64,000 nucleotides of DNA from Escherichia coli (GTDB lineage Bacteria; Pseudomonadota; Gammaproteobacteria; Enterobacterales; Enterobacteriaceae): the NCBI RefSeq assembly GCF_011045215.1, contig NZ_CP049201.1; one strand, written 5' to 3'. Within the stretch, counting starts at the first letter, position 1. Every line of letters starts with the position of its first letter. Of this stretch, positions 60,211 through 64,000 are shown in pieces. The notes beneath the pieces are model-generated. The model saw only the letters and a list, made by a program, of their open reading frames with translations, made no database searches and was not told where the DNA came from. A program made the translations under genes and the position numbers.

Positions 60211-60258
60211 GTTAAGTAAAAAAACAGATATGAACGCTATTATGTTCATTCTACTTTA

Positions 60259-60816
60259 TTAAAAGCGATAACCCACGCCAATATTGAATCCATTAATGGA
60301 ATAATTATCGCCAAGTTTTGCTCTGGTTCCTTCATATCCGGCATTAATTGTAATATTACTTGTCGGATTGATCATTACCCCGGCAGCATAAGCAAAAGAT
60401 GTGGATTTTTTCGAAATATTTTCTCTGGCGAAATAACCATCAACGTTTGTCCATGCTGTTTTACCATCAGCTTTAACATGCGCCACGCCGCCAGCCGCAT
60501 ACAGTGACATATAATCGTTAATGCGCCATACGGGGCCGGTCAGTAAGGAATAATATTTTGCATCAACCTGGTTTTTAATTGAATCGCCATATGAATGATA
60601 TTCCTGATTACCATCCCCTTTCATCCAGGAGAAACTGCCCATAATACTGACCGGGGAGTCCCATTCATACCTGTACTGCAGGTTTACCCCTCTAATATTC
60701 TTGAAGTTCTGAATTTTACTCTGTGCATAACCGACAGAAAACGAATGGTTGTCAGCCAGCACGGAACCGCTTGCCACTGATAATATGATGGCTGAAAGAA
60801 CTGACAGTTTTTTCAT
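60259..60816 (-). CDS. Ail/Lom/OmpX/PagC-family 8-stranded outer membrane protein
   Basis: 185 aa, signal peptide MKKLSVLSAIILSVASGSVLA, SVGYAQSK start and ...GFNIGVGYRF C-terminal beta-signal. Confidence 0.85.
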   Translation of the reverse strand: MKKLSVLSAIILSVASGSVLADNHSFSVGYAQSKIQNFKNIRGVNLQYRYEWDSPVSIMGSFSWMKGDGNQEYHSYGDSIKNQVDAKYYSLLTGPVWRINDYMSLYAAGGVAHVKADGKTAWTNVDGYFARENISKKSTSFAYAAGVMINPTSNITINAGYEGTRAKLGDNYSINGFNIGVGYRF

Positions 60817-61081
60817 TTTATTATCTCCATTGTTAATGAGAGTTATTTGATGAAATAATGATGCTAATATTTCTATCTGATGTCAATCACTCTGAGGGTG
60901 GTTGATACGTCAGAGGAACAACAGCTACATTAATATGCTATTTCAACCGGTTATCAGCATTAATTACAGCATACTTGTTCTGAATATCTCCGCATTCACG
61001 ATCAGCTTTACGACAGACAGTCATTTCTCTGTCAAAAGCATGTACCTCGTCGTAGCTGAGGTAGTTATTCTCAACAACATT

Positions 61082-61315
61082 TCAGAACCCCTTAACTTTC
61101 ATGATATGCAACAAACCAATACCCAAGCCTAAGATCCCCCCCCCATACACACTCATTTTTAACAGTCTAGAAAACTGAAAAACTTCAAATGATATTGGGG
61201 CATTCAAATAAAAATACATAAATATCTTCAGAAGAAGATAAAAAATCGAACCGACTATAAACAAACCAAATATGCATACAGTCATTAATAAGACAACAAT
61301 AAGAAGGTTCTTCAT
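61082..61315 (-). CDS. Small polytopic membrane protein, candidate CdiI-type immunity protein
   Basis: 77 aa, almost entirely hydrophobic (2-3 TM helices). Its ATG overlaps the stop of the upstream toxin fragment as ATGA. Confidence 0.65.
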   Translation of the reverse strand: MKNLLIVVLLMTVCIFGLFIVGSIFYLLLKIFMYFYLNAPISFEVFQFSRLLKMSVYGGGILGLGIGLLHIMKVKGF

Positions 61316-62343
61316 TTCCCAGCCTCCATTGCATCTTTCTTTTTCTGGATAATGGAGCTTCCAAACTCAGATGATAAACTACCACCCGCATTACCCACAG
61401 CACCAGGGATCTTACTCGGTACCATTTCTTTAGATAGACCTAACTGCCCTTTAACTTCAGTATATTTTAGTAGAGTCGGATCGAATTTAGGATTCCAGCC
61501 ACCGGTTATCCATTTACCGATTGTATTTGCAGCAGGCTTGACCACATAATTGCCAACCCCATATCCAAACCCGGCCCCCGCTCCATTTGTAATCGCCCCA
61601 GTAAGAGGATCATCTCCGTTTATGGCGTTGGTTAATGCTCCACCTGCCGCATTCCAGGCTATTGTCCCTTTCCAGCCCTGCCCCATGGTGATTACATTGA
61701 CCCATCCTGCAATGATTGCATTTTCAGGATCAACTGAACTATCTACCATGTAACCAATTCCTGCATTTGCACCTGTGCCAAGAGCCCACATGGCCTGAGC
61801 ACCGCCAGGTAAGAGAGCTACACTACCAGTGGCCAACGCTCCGGCATACGCTTTATTGACTGCTTCTCCTCGCTTACAGGCTTCACCGCCTGGGGCATCG
61901 TTACAGGAAAGTACATCTGCGCCATGCGTCTGAGCAGCTTTGCTCTGCTCGGACTCTGTGCCACCAACCAAGTTATTCTCAGCAATGTTCTTCCCAACAC
62001 CAGCCCCTGCAGCCGCGCCAGCCACATCGCCACTGGCAATGCCGCCAGCCATACCCGCTGACAGCGTTGCCAGCGTGCTTATCGTCTGCTTCTGCTCTTC
62101 ACTGAGGTCTGACTGTTTCACGCCCGGATACAGCATTCCGATCGCTCTGGCTGCCAGCTCTCCCGTTGCTGCGCCTGCTGCACCAGCAGCAACATTATTA
62201 CTCTGCATTGCCGCTACTGCACCGCCCAGAATGGCGTGAGCAATGGCCTTTACTGCCGGGTCTTTTTCTGTTGATTTCAGCAGGTATGCCAGTTCCGGAG
62301 CCGAAGCTCCCGCCAGTACTGCACCAACGTCACCACCTGCCAG
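61312..62343 (-). pseudogene. cdiA: Orphan cdiA-CT module: start-less 3' fragment of a CdiA/haemagglutinin-type exoprotein (pretoxin region plus Gly-rich toxin tip)
   Basis: The frame is open from the in-frame TAG at 62344-62346, with no plausible start. It reads ...[79 protein letters not shown]...GKNIAENNL. That is the CdiA pretoxin region ending in a VENN-type (AENN) motif, followed by a ~215-aa glycine-rich C-terminal domain. Confidence 0.75.
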
Positions 62344-63048
62344 CTATGGCTGGAGATGGTGGATGTTACCGATAATCAAGAAGCCTTAGATATAAGGCAA
62401 TGTTTTATCTTTCTTTCATACGAAAACCAGTGCTGCCATACTAGCCCTTTTCCTGTGACATCTAAGCGAGCTCATGTTTATCGGGAAGGGTGTTAGATCA
62501 TTGTTAATCATACACAGGTAATTATGCAGCGGTTATGCATAACTTCATTTCGAGCGTGTGATAACGCCAACACAATCACCAGAATTATAAAATAAAATCA
62601 CAAAACCTGAGAACATGTCACATTTTATCACATTAATAATTTTTCTTTATGATTTCATAACTATTTACAGCCTTTTATTAAGCCAAAAAAAGTTAAATTG
62701 CAATTATTGCATAATTATTCGCGCTACAGTTTTTTTACTTTTAAAATCATATAATATATAATCACCTTAAAACAGCAAACTCCACAAAATAATAACAAAT
62801 AGAAATATTTCCACCCAAATAATGATTATCTATTCATGAGCTGACATTATGAAATTAATCATTATTTGATGCAAATAACACAAATTAAAACAAACACCTT
62901 AATATCCATTCTTGTGTGAATCTCATCACAATAATGTTTATTTTACCGCCTAGTATGAACCACGAAATCAATTGAACTTAGCCGCCATGAAATTAAATAC
63001 ACAACATGGCGCATACCTTTTTATTCTGAAAAAATTAAAGGAATAATT

Positions 63049-64000
63049 ATGGAAAAGCATTACGTCGGTTCTGAAATTGGTCAATTGCGTAGTGTTATGC
63101 TGCACCGCCCAAATTTAAGTCTGAAACGTTTGACACCATCGAATTGTCAGGAACTGCTTTTCGATGATGTACTCTCGGTTGAACGGGCAGGTGAAGAGCA
63201 TGACATCTTCGCAAATACGCTGCGCGATCAGGGGGTGGAAGTCCTGCTGTTAACAGACCTCCTGACACAAACCCTTGATATTAAAGAAGCGAAAACCTGG
63301 CTACTGGAGACGCAAATTTCTGACTACCGCCTCGGACCTACCTTTGCGGGCGATGTGCGCAGCTGGCTGGCGGACATGCCGCACCGTGAACTGGCGCGAA
63401 GATTAAGCGGCGGATTAACTTACGGTGAAATTCCGGCTGCCATTAACAATATGGTGGTGGATACCCACACGTCTAATGACTTTATTATGAAGCCGCTACC
63501 GAATCATTTATTTACCCGCGATACCTCCTGCTGGATTTATAACGGTGTTTCTATTAACCCGATGGCCAAACCAGCCCGTCAACGTGAAACCAATAACCTC
63601 CGGGCAATATATCGCTGGCACCCGGCATTTGCCGACGGCGATTTTATTAAGTATTTCGGCGACGAAAATATTTATTACGACCACGCCACTTTGGAAGGTG
63701 GCGACGTATTAGTGATTGGTCGTGGGGCGGTATTGATCGGCATGTCTGAACGCACAACACCGCAGGGCGTGGAGTTCCTCGCCAACAGCCTGTTCAAACA
63801 TCGTCAGGCCGAGCGAGTGATCGCCGTTGAGCTGCCAAAACACCGCTCCTGTATGCACCTTGACACCGTCATGACCCACATCGACGTTGACACTTTCTCC
63901 GTTTACCCGGAAGTGGTGCGCAAAGACGCCCAGTGCTGGACGCTCACTTCGAACGGACGCGATGGCCTACAACGGACCCAGGAAACCGACCTGTTGCACG
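63049..64000 (+). CDS. arcA: Arginine deiminase, N-terminal ~317 aa (runs off window end)
   Basis: ATG 63049 after [47 protein letters not shown]...[10 protein letters not shown]...[10 protein letters not shown]...CMHLDTV are ADI family motifs. Absent from the ORF track because there is no stop. Confidence 0.9.
   Translation, partial: MEKHYVGSEIGQLRSVMLHRPNLSLKRLTPSNCQELLFDDVLSVERAGEEHDIFANTLRDQGVEVLLLTDLLTQTLDIKEAKTWLLETQISDYRLGPTFAGDVRSWLADMPHRELARRLSGGLTYGEIPAAINNMVVDTHTSNDFIMKPLPNHLFTRDTSCWIYNGVSINPMAKPARQRETNNLRAIYRWHPAFADGDFIKYFGDENIYYDHATLEGGDVLVIGRGAVLIGMSERTTPQGVEFLANSLFKHRQAERVIAVELPKHRSCMHLDTVMTHIDVDTFSVYPEVVRKDAQCWTLTSNGRDGLQRTQETDLLH

Larger units (their letters stand above)
35560..64000. 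mobile_element. Composite genomic island downstream of the serX 3' end (distal boundary not in window)
   Basis: K-12-type synteny stops after serX. The content is CP4-type island genes, defence genes, an orphan CDI module and an accessory arc gene. Composition is patchy. No integrase was seen. Confidence 0.7.

Overview
Escherichia coli chromosome. Bases 1-35,515 are conserved core, colinear with K-12 in reverse orientation. The order is flgE'-flgDCB / flgAMN, murJ, yceM, yceH, rimJ, mdtH, grxB, yceB, pyrC, dinI, bssS, solA, yceO, yceJ, yceI, trhO, lpxL, mdtG, msyB, yceK, opgHG / opgC, clsC-ymdB, ymdA, the curli operons csgCAB / csgDEFG, ycdZYX, ghrA and tRNA-Ser serX. I saw no insertions in this part. 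Everything after the serX terminator, from about 35,560 to the window end, is accessory DNA with a patchy base composition. (a) A CP4-type module runs toward the tRNA: YeeP-like GTPase, phase-variable Ag43/Cah autotransporter, YeeR-like membrane protein, IrmA-like secreted protein, DUF932, antirestriction, RadC-like, DUF987, CbeA/CbtA toxin-antitoxin, DUF5983, DUF957, DUF4942. (b) An AT-rich orphan gene encodes a GIY-YIG-like nuclease. (c) A six-gene, translationally coupled operon reads hsdM-hsdS-darT-darG-hsdR-M48 peptidase. This is a type I R-M system with a DNA ADP-ribosyltransferase toxin and macrodomain antitoxin pair sitting between hsdS and hsdR. (d) An Ail/Lom-type outer-membrane protein follows. 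(e) A start-less orphan cdiA-CT toxin tip is coupled to a small membrane immunity gene. (f) A very AT-rich spacer precedes a partial arginine deiminase gene. No integrase, transposase, IS element or CRISPR array is visible. The best candidates for new biology are the R-M/DarTG fusion operon, the GIY-YIG orphan and the stranded CDI toxin/immunity module. All calls rest on reading the ORF translations and the DNA by eye. No database search was run.
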